Shown piece after piece: positions 1 to 20,957 of a stretch of 64,000 nucleotides of DNA. The notes below the pieces were generated by a model. It searched no databases. It worked only from the letters and a program-made list of their open reading frames with translations, and was not told the origin of the DNA. How positions within the stretch are numbered: the first letter of the stretch is position 1; the number at the start of each line of letters is the position of its first letter. The position numbers were made by a program, and so were the translations under genes. Source of the DNA: Saccostrea cucullata (taxonomy: Eukaryota); the NCBI RefSeq assembly GCF_032062105.1, contig NW_026919615.1, positions 62,001 through 126,000 on the forward strand. Reading direction: 5' to 3'.

Positions 1-261
1 GAACAGCAGTGTATAAAATTAGCTGAAAGATTATCTGTTTACTTTTTCAAGGTTATACAACATATGTCAACCTGTCTCTCCATTTTGTCATTCTATACCT
101 TTCAAAAATTATTTCACTTGGTATTGATTTGTGAATTTTCTTAAGTATTGTTCACAATTGTCATTGATTTTTTTTTAAATCTAAAATGATTTCAGAAGAA
201 AACCACACAAACAACTTGTTTATTTGGGGTAATGGTTTGAGAGAATATATAGTAGTCATAA

Positions 262-7651
<7,390 letters not shown>

Positions 7652-10395
7652 CCTCTACTGAGGCCCGGGGTGGCAGTATTCAATGGTGCCCTTCAAAGTG
7701 TAAGAGGAGATCTTTGTGTGCGTTTTGTGTGATGTGTGTGCTTGTCTTATTACTTGGTGCCTCATATATCGAGTTCGAGTGGCATAAAAATGAATATGGA
7801 TAGAAAATAACTTTTTGTGTGAGTTATGATCATAAGATAAATATATGTAAATTGTATACATGTCTCAAGATATTATGTTATTGTAAAATGATGTGAATAA
7901 GATTTATTTTGGAGACTCATTTTTTTTTTTTTCTGTACATGTCTGTTGAAAAGTTTTTTTTTCCTCCTGAATTTGTTATTCAATACCAAATGTATTTCAA
8001 CAATCCAAATCATTTACTTTAATTAGAAATATGTTAAATTATGTATGAATTGTTCTTAAGAGATGTAAAATTGGGTAAAAAAAATCATATTTTAAACGGG
8101 CATATTTCCTTGTTCACATCACAGTAAAATTATGTGATATCAATGATTTATGTGATATATTTTTCCATTTTTCACCTCACCGTGTTGAAAAGAAAAGTCT
8201 ATTTTCCATTTTTTACCCCACTCTCACATTATTATTATTTTTGGGGGGGGGCAAAAAATATACCATAGAATTTAATAGAATCATTGTGTAAAAATCATTG
8301 CATCAAACTGAAAGACAATGGATTCCTAGTTATTGTTCATAATGTACATTGTTTTTATGAGGAATAATAATGTTGGATTCAAAAGAATCTCGATAATTAA
8401 AAGCACAATATAAAATATGCAAAGGTCTTGATTCACTTTTTATCATGCCATTTTTATTTTCAAACAATGTTGTGTTATTTTTAAATACTGTTTTATTGTG
8501 AATTTCGGCTTGTTTTAAAGCTGTATTTTAAACAAGTTGTGTTGTTTGAGAGAGTCGTGTTGAACACAGACTTTCGAAAAAAGAAAAGTCAGTTTTCTAC
8601 ACAGATCATGTGTCAATTATTTTTCCCTGTGCCTTTTCATGAATGAACTACTGTAAAGAATTGAATAGGTGCTTTTTATATACATCAGAATAGACCTAAA
8701 AACTTACCACTAATTGTGCCAGCAATCAGGTATTAGTGCTGACCATTTTGCATGGTTATTTTTTTTTTCTTTTTAAAATACCCATAGGAATTCTTTATTT
8801 TTACCATTTGCAAATTAAAGAAGCGATCTCTCTTACTTTGTATTCTTAATTTCTTTTTCTTCCCTATCTTTCGTATTTCTTTCTCTCTTTTTCTTCCTGT
8901 TTGTCCTGCTTTCTATCTCTCTAATTTTTTTTGTTTACAACAGTCACGAAAAGCTTTTACAATGTATTTTGCTAAGGCAACTTAGTTGTAGCTTCCATAA
9001 ATATTGAAAGCCAGATACTTTAAAATGACAGCTATTGACATTTTTTTGTGCGTGTGTATATATATACGAGACTTTGTTGTACATGTATTGATATTAATAA
9101 TATTGTGCAATTATTCTGGTTATTAGAGAATTGGAAATATGGAAAAGAAAGAGGACCAATATGATTCAAGTTTTGTTTGTTTCAATGTATAATACGTTCA
9201 TTTAATAGACACCCATTAGATCATGAATGGGTAAAAAAAAGTACAAAATCAAAAAAAAATGTGTATGATATTTTATTGGAAAAGAGGAAAATTCAATGCA
9301 TCACTTTTGTTTGGAACCTATATTTAACATAGTGATTTTATGTATGTATGTATGTGGAACAAATCGTTGTAGAGCACATGAAGTTATTAAGCCAGATTTT
9401 CTTCTTTTTGTCCCCCCACTCAGTTTAGGTTGATTATTTTATCCTATCAAATCAGTATCCTATTAATGAAATGACTACGGTGTAATTTAGAGATGATCCT
9501 TGAAATCCATTTCTCAAGCAAACTGAGGTAGATTGATGAAGAGTTGGGAAATCTTTCTAGACATTTGGTCATTGGTAAAGATAACATCTTATATGTATTA
9601 TGAGAAAACTGTTTATTGAGTGTTTGAGTTCATTGTTCATTTTTTATCAAACTTGGTATACAGGCAATGGCATTGACCCCTTGTATATAAGTGAAAGGTG
9701 AATGAAGTGTAAAAAATTTTACAAAGACAATCCATTTTGGTGATAATGAAAAAAAAAAATCTCCACCATTCATATCCAATTCATGGTATTTTTTGATTTT
9801 AATATTTTAAAATCTCTTTTTTTTAAAAAAATGTTCTTTCCTTCTTTCTCTGGTTTTAAAATTGTGACTAAATGTATATTTTCCTTCCTTCTTTCTCTGG
9901 TTGTAAAACTGTGACTAAATGTATTTTTTCATGTATCTAAAGTTATCAGAACACATATCTGCTAGTTCATTTGTAAATGTTATTATAATCTCTAGTCATT
10001 TTTCCTATACCCAGCTGTTTATTTAAGTACTGATTCAGAATACCAGACATGGTATACTGAGGAATTAAGTTCATATTATGGCAGCAATTTAATTCAAGTA
10101 AATGTGTATGTTTCTTTTATTGATGAACATCAGGTTTAAAAATTAGCATTTCGGTTCTGGGGGGGAAGGGATGAAATATAAATACTTTTAATTTTCTGTT
10201 TTTATGTGAAATGAAAATGCCTTTGACTTCATGTGATTCTCAAGTTTATAATTTTTGTGCATAGAAAAGATCTGTGCCCATTTTCAGTTATAATAATTAT
10301 TGTTGATATGTTTTATTTCACAATGTTAAATTTGTCATCATTTTTGTATGAAAGAAAAAAGACAAAAAAAGTTGAAAAAAATAAAGGCATTAAAA
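7652..10395 (+). other. Probable long AU-rich 3' UTR of TENT4
   Basis: U-rich sequence with no ORF, ending at AATAAA/ATTAAA signals near 10380-10394. The exact end is not determined. Confidence 0.5.
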
Positions 10396-11136
10396 AATAG
10401 CCATGTTTTCATTTTTTATGCAGAAAACTTGTTCAAACAATTTCAGACAGAGTCGCCATGCGAAGTTTTATCTTTCTGGTGATACATATCGATCCTCCAG
10501 AAAACATCGGATTTAAAAAAAAAAAAAAATCGGAAAGGGCTAAATGTACATTTATTGCAGCTACATATCAATGAATATCTTATTGAGTTATAAGCAGAAA
10601 ATAAGTACCACCTAGACGTCAAATGGGATTAGTTAACAAGCACAAACTAATACACATAGTTGGAGAGTAATAATTAGTAGAGATTTTTATAAGATGGCTA
10701 ACTTCTTCCAATAAAGTTGGATTTCTAAGTTGGTTTGTGACTGCAACCAAATCTTCAATCCGATGTGGAAGTATTGGCCTATGGTGTCATTAAAACTTCT
10801 CTTTTTTTATTTTAAATAATATATTATGAAAGGTAAACATTGACATGACTAATTAAGATGACTGTAAGAAAAATAGTTCACAATACGGAACATTGAGGCT
10901 TATGCAATGAGACATCCGTTTCCAACATTTACATATACTCTGGGGTATATTAGGGGTTACTTTTTAGTGAAAATGATTTTATCTCGTGTGAATAAGAAAA
11001 ATAGAGTTGTAGTGTTCTGTTTCTTCCTTAAATATGTAAATATTTGGTTAGAAGTAAATTGAATATTCCATCAAATTCTAGATTTGCTGAAAGCTCATTC
11101 ATTTAATTCAATCAGTGCCCTATCCAAGGCCCTTTA

Positions 11137-11146
11137 GTCACGTGAC
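11137..11146. promoter_or_regulatory. Palindromic E-box/CLEAR-type element GTCACGTGAC in the ABHD4-like promoter
   Basis: Perfect GTCACGTGAC ending 36 nt before the ATG at 11183, overlapping a TGACGT half-CRE. Confidence 0.55.
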
Positions 11147-11182
11147 GTTAGCACCATCGGAACAAATGATTGCGATACGGCC

Positions 11183-14100
11183 ATGGTGGAGAAGAATAGC
11201 GAAGTAACTGACGTGCAGAGGTAAATTAAGAAACAATTATTATAATATTTTATGTATGTGTTATATTTACTTTACGTTTACATGCGTCCAACAAAATGTA
11301 CGTTTTTTTTATATATATGTGAAGGAAGGTCTGTTCCATTTGTGTATTTATTTTTAACTCGAGAATTCCCCCTACATCCCTTCGGATATCCTCGAATTTA
11401 TTTACGTATTTTCTGTCATCAATGGGGATCAAGTACTGAAGAACTTTACATGGATGTAATTTCTTATTTAAAAGGCTATTTCATGGCATTGTTGCATGCA
11501 TTTGGGGTAATTTTGTAAGTATTAATAGATGGTTCGTTCTTTAGTGTTTCGACACATTGTCCTGTCAAGCAACATCAGTTATTTGACGTACATGTAGCAC
11601 AGGGGTAAGGCAGTTTGTAAGTGTAGTAGTCTAGAGGGTCAGAATGTCATGACACAGTGACCTAAATAAGTTTACTTGTTTTGGGACTTAGTGTACTAGC
11701 CTGCTAAATTTGTTTTTTATTGTCCAAAGAAATACTTTTAATCTATCATTGTGAACAATGAATATTTTCCAATTTTTTAAGAAACTGATATTTGTAGACT
11801 ATCTTTAATTTAAAATTGAAATCTCTTCACCAGGTCACAATGATATCAAATTGTGTCAGTGTAGCACTAGAATTTGACCCAATAGAACTCCATGGGGGTG
11901 TAGGGATATTTATTATAAAGATTAATGTTAAGTCATCCTTTAACCCTTAGGTGGGAAGGGAGGGGGGGGGGGGTGATCAAAGTATGACCCATCTGTGACA
12001 ATAAATAAGAATATTTACTTGTGAAGTACATGATATTCAAAACTTAATGTTGTACAAGATACAGCTTGAGTAAAAATTTTTAGCAGGATGCAAATTAAGT
12101 GTATTTTACTTAATTATTCTTACCAATAAGTAGATTTTAATACTTATTTTATATACCAAAAGTTTAAACATGTTAAAGATCATAGCTATATTCAAACTGA
12201 AAATATAGAATGAACATAAACTTGTGACTTAAAATGCTTCAATAATATCCTTGCTAAGAACTGCTTATAAATGCGATATTTTATGGGAATTTCATTTTTG
12301 ACATTTCAGTTGTAGTGCAGTTTATCCTTCAAGCTGGTTTTCATGGAGACCTACTTCAATGGCTAAGCTTGCACAAGCCGAAAGGAAAATTCTTCAAGGT
12401 TAGTAGTCCCAATTAAAGATTTTAAAATTGTTAAACATTCATTGTATGCACTCGACAATTCTCAGTCAAATTTTACTTCATCTATTCTACAATTGTGGTG
12501 TTATAACTATGGTTACGGTGATATTCTACATGAAAGCACCTTACCTTGTTATATGTATTTAAAGTTTTTATGAAAAAAAAATCTTTATCAACTTTAGGAG
12601 ATTAAACAAATTCTGAACATGTCATACTGTATATTTATAATTCTATTATTTTACCATGCAGCATTTCTGAGGAAAACAACCTATGATACAAAGTATGTGA
12701 CACTACCAAACACCCATCACAGATTGTGGACGCTGACAGTGGACCACAAAGACAATGAGGTCAATAACAAAAAGGTCCCCCTCGTCATGGTCCACGGAAT
12801 GGGCGGGGGGATCGGACTGTGGGCCCAAAACCTGGGTCCCCTCAGTGAAAACCGTCCATTGTACGCATTTGATGTGTTAGGATTTGGACGAAGTTCCAGA
12901 CCCCAATTTAGTTCGAAACCTGAAAAAACTGAACAACAGTTTGTGGAATCTATAGAAGAATGGAGAAAAGAAATGGATATAAAAGAAATGATTTTACTGG
13001 GGCATAGCTTGGGGGCGTACATTTCGGGGGCGTACAGTTTAAAGTACCCAGACAGAGTCAAGCATCTGGTGCTGGTGGATGCCTGGGGGTTCCCTGAGAA
13101 ACCTCCCGAGGATCAGCAGAGGCCGATACCCATGTGGATCAAGGTCATAGCCACTATTATTAAGCCCTTCAATCCACTGGCTGTTCTACGTGTGGCAGGA
13201 CCTTTTGGTTTGTATATTAAATTACTTTTATTATAATAATATTCACTTTGCATTATGAAGAGTACTAAAAACAAACCATTTGAATACATGTATATTCTAG
13301 CTATCAAAAAAACATGATTTTAACTATGGATGAGGGCAATATTGATTTAATATGTTATCCCCCAAAGGATGAAAAAGTGGCAAAGTTCAAGGAAATAATT
13401 TTTCTGAGAGTAACTCTATATAAATCTAAAGTATCTAAAAAATATTGCACTTCTCTGAGAGTTATTTCCCTTGATTTCTATAATATCTACAAAGTCCATA
13501 TATAATAAGTTTAAAGATTTGTGTTATAGGACCAGGACTGGTGAGGCGGTTTAGACCTGACCTACAGGACAAGTTTGCAGACACCCTGGACGATGACACA
13601 ATTTTTGATTACATCTATCACTGTAACGCACAGTCACCAAGGTAACAATTTATTCAGATTAAAATTAGGAATATGCATGGCTAAAGAATATATATACAGA
13701 ACATAATAGTATATACACAGATGTTTTTGCTCTGTTAAAGATTCACACATTAATAATTTTGCCCTACTTTGAATTCACCCAGACACAATTGTGTCAAAGG
13801 CGTATGATGTTATCTTCACAAAATAAATTCATCCTATTTTAAATATGTACATATGCAGCAAAAGTGATAGGGATGAAAATAAAAAGGAGGCAAAAATTTC
13901 CTTCTAAAAGTTTTCTACCCTCGTATACAACAGAGAGCAATACTGAATAAGTGATCTCTCTACGACATAGGGTAGGTACATGTATATTCTGTTTAGAAGT
14001 GCTACCCATGTTCTTGTTTTCTTTTAAAGTGGTGAGACAGCTTTCAAAAACTTGAATACCTCGTTTGGTTGGGCTAAGAACCCGATGATCCACCGCCTGC

Positions 14101-14789
14101 CGGACCTGAAGAAGGAGGTGCCGGTCACTCTGGTGTACGGGTCCAAATCCTGGGTGGACAGCAATACAGGGTACCACATCAAGTACCTCAGGAACGAGAG
14201 CTTCGTAGAAGTAGCTGTGAGTCATTAATTGTACAGTACCTTCTGGGTCAAAGACTTAAGTTTACATAATTTCAGAGATTGCACACATAGTTAGTTGTTC
14301 TTCATAAGGGTATTGTCAAAAAAATTTTAATGAAGGTCATATAAATATTTTTAGCATATTAGTTTAATTGCTTAAAAACTAATTCATTTATCCTTCTTTT
14401 GGTTTTAAAAACTATATGAATAGAAAAAAATATGAGCTGATATAACTGATTATTTATAATTATTTTATTATTATAAGATAGGCATATGTATTGAACTTAA
14501 ATTTTTTTTCACATCTTCCGTATATTGCTAGGTTGTACGTGGAGCTGGTCATCATGTCTACGCAGATAAACCCAACCCATTTAACAAACTGATTCAGAGA
14601 GTATGTGAGGCAGTAGACAACAACACTAACCCCAAACCTCTGAAATTTCGGGAAAGTTTTAAAGCTTCTAGTGACTCATCTACACACATGTCTAAAACAA
14701 TCTCAGAATCCAAGAGTTCGAAAAACTTGGTGACAGAGGAAACTCTGGATGACGAAGAAATAGAGACAGTCCCAGCTCAGGTTTTATAG
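11183..14789 (+). CDS. ABHD4: ABHD4/ABHD5-family alpha/beta hydrolase ((lyso)-NAPE lipase-like), 6 exons
   Basis: Exons 11183-11220, 12310-12398, 12662-13207, 13530-13641, 14030-14216, 14532-14789 (TAG), phases consistent. Motifs: [56 protein letters not shown] (Ser nucleophile as in ABHD4, whereas vertebrate ABHD5 has Asn), [17 protein letters not shown], and GAGHHVYAD (catalytic His/HX4D). Confidence 0.94.
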
Positions 14790-16704
14790 CATACAATGGT
14801 GCCAATTTCATTGCTGAAACATTGTGATATTAATTGCATTTTTCATTAGCTCTTTAATGTCTTAATTTATTTTTCATTTCTACTTTTAGATTGTTTTTGC
14901 TTTTATATGTACGGGTCTTGATTAAGAATCACCAAATGAATTGCTCGAGTTTATTTTTTTTTTAGATTCATTTTTTTTTTAATTTAAGTTTGTTCTGTGG
15001 ATAAAGCTGACAAATTTTTTTTTCTTAATCAAGTGGTTTCAAATTGTGCAAAAGATACTTGAATTTGAGCTGATGAACAATTATGTATAGAATTTATATG
15101 CATAATTAGTCATTTAATATACACAGAATTATATATTTTATGTCATTTAATATATTTTCATAAAGAATTGTTACATAAATAAAGTGTTCAGAGAGTTATA
15201 GAAACACATTATGTATAATTTTTTATTAAATCAGGTCTGTTAAAAAAATGTTTGCATTTGAGTTGTCTTCCTTCTTAAAAAAATCTTAAAAGCTATGGGA
15301 AAAAAATATTTATGAACATTTTCCTTGAACACAGTTCTCAATTCGGATATTTCTATGTACTAGAACCAAATGTGCCCATTTTTGTAAGAAATGTAGTTAC
15401 TAGGAATATTTAAAAAATGTTTTTTTCCATGACAAAAGCTTGAATATTTCATGTTATCAGAGAATATATTTTTGTTGCTCTAATTTCAATGCATTCTGCT
15501 TCTATATTGTTACACCAAATAAATAAAAAAAAAATTGTCTTTTTTCTGTTATTCTTTATGAAAGCAGAAGAAAACACTATTGAGACTGAACACATTGTTA
15601 ATCAGCAAGAGTGATTTGTAGTTTATTTAACCTATTACAATAAAAAAAAATTATTACCAAGTGCCAGGGACGAAAAGCAAAATTCATTATATCCATAAAC
15701 TTTCAATATATTTTATAACCGAGGGGAATGAGAATTATTTTACTCTAAGCCTCAATTCTCTATACATGTGTCCTATAAATATTTCTGACATTTGGAAAGC
15801 AAGAATTATTAAGGAGTATTCTCCCAAGTAAATCATTGGTTACTGCTCTTGTACTCTCTAGAATAATGTATGTAGCAATGGCCTTCTAGTTCAAACAGTT
15901 TACTAATTAGCTCAACAAGGAAGCAGAGAAATTCATGTCAAGGGAAACGTAAAGGACGCCTCTAATTCATTTTAAGAGCTGCACTGATACCCTGGTAATT
16001 AAACTGTTTCACCTAAAGACCTTAAATCAGGAGAATTGTACATTAATGGCAGAATCAATAGTAAAACTCAAATCTTTATTTTTTATTTTTCTTGATTTCT
16101 TCAATTTATAAAAGAATTAACAGGAAAGTGAAGAACAGGTACAACGGAAAAAAATATCATTGTTCAAAAATTAAACTATTGCACAAAATACTTAAAAGGG
16201 ATATAAAGCTTTAGACATAATACATTTGCCTAGAACAAAGTTAATGGCTAATTTAGTCTAGTTCATTAAAACATCTATTACCAATGTGTTAGTAGTTACC
16301 ATTTGAAATTTAAAAGCAAACAAAAGTGTACTGGTACATGAATGTAAATAATTTTTTACAGAAAACACTACTAATACGTGTATATTTCTTTTTTAAGGGC
16401 TGTGAAATGCAAACAAATATGTTTTTTGCAAATAAGCATATAAATACTAACACTTCTTAAATAAGTCACCTCATTAAACTAAAAATAAACCTACCTCAAA
16501 ACTATGCACATTTAAGACTTAGTTAGAGAGGAAACTTTGAAGTACATGTAATAATCATTGAACCTCAGTCAACTAAAAATCAAGAAGGGTATGGTAAATG
16601 ATACTTTTCATGCTGCTAGCTTCCAAATGTCACAGATTTGAACAACCCAACAAAAATTCAATACATATGTATTCATTGTAATTTTAATTGTGCATCAACA
16701 AATC

Positions 16705-17499
16705 TTAACGGCATTTTTTTCTCCACTCTTTCCACTCTTTACGAGCTTTTGTAACTTTTACTGTATTTATACAATACCAAACAACAAAAACAATGATAAA
16801 AACATAAATAAGGAACCAAAACAAATGATGCATGGCAGATGAAAAGGAGTCACAATAACTGTCAATATTGGACAGAAACTGAAATGGGAACTTCAACAAT
16901 TGAAACAAAAGAGATACAATGAATACAATGATGTCCCACAAGACACTCAGGATTGCACTTGGTATTGCGGTAATGTAACTGCTGGAGGAGTTCAGATCCA
17001 TAAAGAACAGAAAGGCAACCATGATTATCCCAATTAAAACAAACATCCAATACTTTTCCAGAAGAATCCTGTGGCGTAGTGGGAAGCTGCTTATATATCC
17101 TGTTGGTTGGTTTTCAGATTCATCTAAAAGACAATTATAATTATGTTGCTGAATTGCATAATAATTTTTCAAGTAACACTTAAATTCATAAATGAAAAGA
17201 AAAAAAATTATTTATACAAGATTCTTTCTACAACAACAAAAACAAGCAAACTCCATATTGGTAATTTGATTCATTTGACAAGTTAGTAAATACTAAATTT
17301 CTACATGTGTACCGGGATCATGTCTTCTTTCTTCCATTCCAAAGATAATTTGTAAACTGTCAATGCGTCTCCTGCAGTCTGGACATTCTCTGGTGTTTTC
17401 AGCCCAGGATTCAATACAATCTTTGCAGAAGACGTGTCCACAAGGCACACAGCAGCAGGGATGCGTTCTATTCTCGAGGCAGATTGAGCAACATGTCAT
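16705..17499 (-). CDS. Small RING-finger (C3HC4) membrane E3-ligase-like protein, ~201 aa, 2 coding exons
   Basis: Coding exons 17499-17313 and 17123-16705 joined by a phase-1 GT-AG intron. N-terminal CSIC...CGHVFCKDC..W...CPDC RING, about three hydrophobic segments, C-terminus ...RKKCR*. An acceptor at ~17519-17520 indicates a 5' UTR intron. Confidence 0.85.
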
Positions 17500-18049
17500 A
17501 ACTTAGAATCATATTATTCTACAAAAGACATCATTAAAACTTTTTTTATCAAGTCAATATTTGAAAGGCAAGTAATATGCATAATAAGCAATGATAAGTG
17601 GCCAGATTTACTTTGTGAACATATGCCTATGGTAAACTATTTCGAAATGCAGTCCCCCATTGAAATGAGAAATAAATGTTTTAAGTATGAATTGTCTTCA
17701 GCTGAAATTTTATAAACAAGTACTTTTCTTGATATGTCAACTTACTAATCTCTGGATTTTATTAAGATTTCGTCATTTTCTTTGGTACACTGAAATGAAA
17801 ATTATGTCATACGTTCACAGGAAACAAGATTCATCTAGCTAAAAGTGAAACCATACCAGGACAAAATATAATTTCCCGGTCAATCATCATTAAGACGAAA
17901 CAAGAAGGGTTAATAATATAATATTTGTAAATGATTGAACGATTCATTAAATTATCAAGGAAAACGTAGAAAAAGGAGTGGGGTAATTATATATATATAA
18001 TGGGATAAGATCCCCTTGAACAGATTCGGGATTTCAGAGTTTTAGAAAT

Positions 18050-19073
18050 TTTTAGCTCGATCTACTGGTCAGAGACTAAACAATATTTCAAAATGCTACT
18101 TCTCCTACAGTTTTGGTCTGATTTCAGTATATAACTTGGCACACAAGTAGACTACACTAAGATACTTAATTCTATGTATCGGTTTTTGACTTCGATGAAC
18201 ATTATTGCCTTGATTACTAAAAATAGAAATTTCTGTGAAATTCTTTCAAATTGCTACTCCCCCTACAATTATGGTCTGATTACAATATAACTTGACACAC
18301 AAGTAGACTACACTAAGGTACATAATTCTGTAATATTGGTTTTTGATTTGGATGAACGATGTTGCCGTGGTTACTAAAAATAAAATTTTCTGTGAAATTC
18401 TTTCAAAATGCTACGTCTCCTACAGTTTTGGTCTGATTTCAGTATAACTTGGCTACACTGTGATACATAATTCTGCATATCGGTTTTTGACTTCGATGAA
18501 CATTATTGCATCAATTACTAAAAATAGAAATTTCTGTGAAATTCTTTTAAAATGCTACTCCTCCTACAGTTTTGATCTGATTTCAATATAACTTGGCACA
18601 CAAGTAGACTACACTAAGGTACATAATTCTGTATATTGGTTTTTGATTTGGATGAACGGCGTTGCCGTTGTTACTAAAAATAGAAATTTCTGTGAAATTC
18701 TTTCAAAATGCTACGTTTCCTACAGTTTTGGTCTGATTTCAATATAACTTGGCACACAAGTAGACTACACTAAGGTACACAATTCTGCATATCGGTTTTT
18801 GACTTCAATGAACATTATTGCCTTTGTTACTAAAAATAGACATTTCTGTTAAATACTCTCAAAATGCTACTCCAAATACAGTTTTAGTCTGATTATAATA
18901 TAATTTGGCATGCAAGTAGACTACACTAAGAACATAAAGAGACTTAATCAACTATCATTATTCTATTCATTGGTATTGTAAAGTTTCAATTCCCAACTCC
19001 TTAAAAGTACTTTTCTCTTCCTTTGTTATAAGTACAAACAAGTAGAGCTTCAGTCTCGACACAGACTTCTGGT
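18050..19073 (+). mobile_element. Helentron/HINE-type non-autonomous element with central ~157-bp tandem array
   Basis: 5' TTTTTAGCTCGATCTACT, 3' subterminal inverted AGTAGAGCT, 3' hairpin AGTCT-cgacac-AGACT then CTGGT. About 5.3 repeat units between ~18087 and ~18930. Confidence 0.75.
18087..18930. repeat. Satellite-like tandem array, ~157-bp unit, alternating A/B variants
   Basis: TTTCAAAATGCTAC...CCTACAGTTTTGGTCTGAT...AAGTAGACTACACTAAG...TTACTAAAAATAGAAATTTCTGTGAAA recurs at ~18087, 18244, 18401, 18545, 18701 and 18857. Confidence 0.93.
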
Positions 19074-19529
19074 TTAAATATACTTTTCTGAATTCTGATA
19101 TTTTCTTGTTTATTCTAACCTCATCCATCTACCCCGAAAAATCCAAAAAAATTTCCATGATAATACCCGGTGGAGTATTCTTCTCAATTCCACACAGAAG
19201 AGTCTGAAGGAACATCTCATGCCACATTGTTAGGACCGAGGAGGTGCATTAGGCTACTACATGTACTTGTTTAGGGAAGCGGCACAATCGGACTAAAAAA
19301 AATTTCATGGCCAGTAACTGAGAGTATATTGGAGAGGGAGAAAACAGTTGTGAGAAGACAAGCTGGAGTAACAGAGAGAAAAAACACGTGTGGTCCCGTT
19401 AAGAAGGTCTGTGCACTTGCGGATTTGCCATCACTGCTGACCTTTCGGAAGAGAGATGTTATGGTCAGGTTTCAAAAGATTTGAAGACTGAATCGAGTCC
19501 ATCTGATGGCAACTTGAACACCAGGACGT

Positions 19530-19824
19530 CCAAAACATCAGAACCGGAGGGGGGAGGGGGTTAAGGGGGTTTAGCCCCCCCCCCCATTTTTTTCCTCAAA
19601 TATATGCATAATATAGGCATTGAAAATTGGGGTTAACTTTACTCCAGCATGCTAGAGGTTCACGGCGAGATACTTTTGACTTGGCGCCACGTAATATGGG
19701 TATATAAGGAGCGTAGTAAGGATGTTAACCGAGGCTCTTACTTGTAGGAGTAGGGTTACCTTTACCTTTTTTGTTGAATTAGCCCCCCCCCAAACACACT
19801 TTCAATTTGCTTCCGACGCTTATG
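19530..19824. mobile_element. Degenerate short MITE with G/C-run subterminal motifs
   Basis: Right end TTAGCCCCCCC...TTTCAATTTGCTTCCGACGCTTATG. The left end is a degraded inverted version followed by G runs and TTAGCCCCCCC. Confidence 0.45.
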
Positions 19825-20957
19825 CAAAAGGATTCTTTTTTAAAAGACGGGGGTGGATACCAGAGGACATACAAGTAGACATAATTTTGTTTTTGCCGAA
19901 GTGAAAAAAACCTAAAAAAACACAGCAAAGAAATACAAACACACGGAGTTTATGCCATCCATTTGATTCCATATATGCAATCTTGAGCATACTCTACGCA
20001 CGAACAATTCCTGAAACGAAATAAGCTAATGGAAAATAAGTTAATGTAACAAGGAAATTAACGGTCACCTCTGATGTTATTGGATTCTTGTTTACTCTAG
20101 ATTCTCTTGATCTGTTTTGTTTTAGTCGCATAACTTTTGGGAATTATTCTGTTCTTTATATCATCTTCATGTAAAAACATATATAGGAGTATGTGTTTGG
20201 TCAAGTTTATTTCTATAGACACAATTTAAATAAGTGAGTAGTAGAAACTTTTATCAAAGCACAAACATTGCAAATGTCCACAGAATGGGCCTTGTATCGA
20301 GACGTATATAACAAGGTCGAAAGATTAAAAAATGTTTTCAGTTAAATTTTTCAAGTTTCAATCACACTATTTAAGACAATATACATTCATACTAAGTACA
20401 ACTCAATATTCTTTATAACAATTTATCATTATTAAACATTTAAATTTGCCACAATTAATAGATATACAATGTAGTTACATAATTATGCATGCGTGATGCA
20501 AAGCAAATATCGTTCAATTTAAGAAAAAAATCACGACGACAATTATTTCATTTCAATAATTTCATATGGAAATTTCTTGATTTATTAAATTCTAAATTTA
20601 CACGTGGTAAAAATGTATTAGGAATTCAATAAACCGGGAAATTTTTATTTGAAATTCTTCACTGTTTGGTATGCAGTAAACGGAGCATTACTTTCGTCCC
20701 TCAGATGTCCACGGAATCGATATACATACTCGTACATATCTAACCATTACAGGTACATAATTATGGAAAGCATGTATGTTTTACGACAGAACAAGGAGGG
20801 TTATGTCTCTACTTGCCGTCCGATGATCTTTCAATCAAAGGTATCTCCCCGTAAACATCAAATATCAAATCACTTGAAATCCAGGAAAGTTGATGAGATT
20901 AATATAAGGACAGGTAAAATTTTGACTTTGATGATGTATCAGTGAAATAAGTTTTAA

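Noticed and set aside
12717-14225. Minus-strand ORFs over ABHD4 exons
   Set aside because: Antisense shadows of real coding exons.
18087-18930. Regularly spaced repeats as a CRISPR array
   Set aside because: Whole units are repeated with no unique spacers, no cas genes, and a eukaryotic context. It is a satellite.
19170-19530. GC-richer, coding-looking stretch
   Set aside because: Frames are interrupted and no peptide is recognisable, so no call can be supported.
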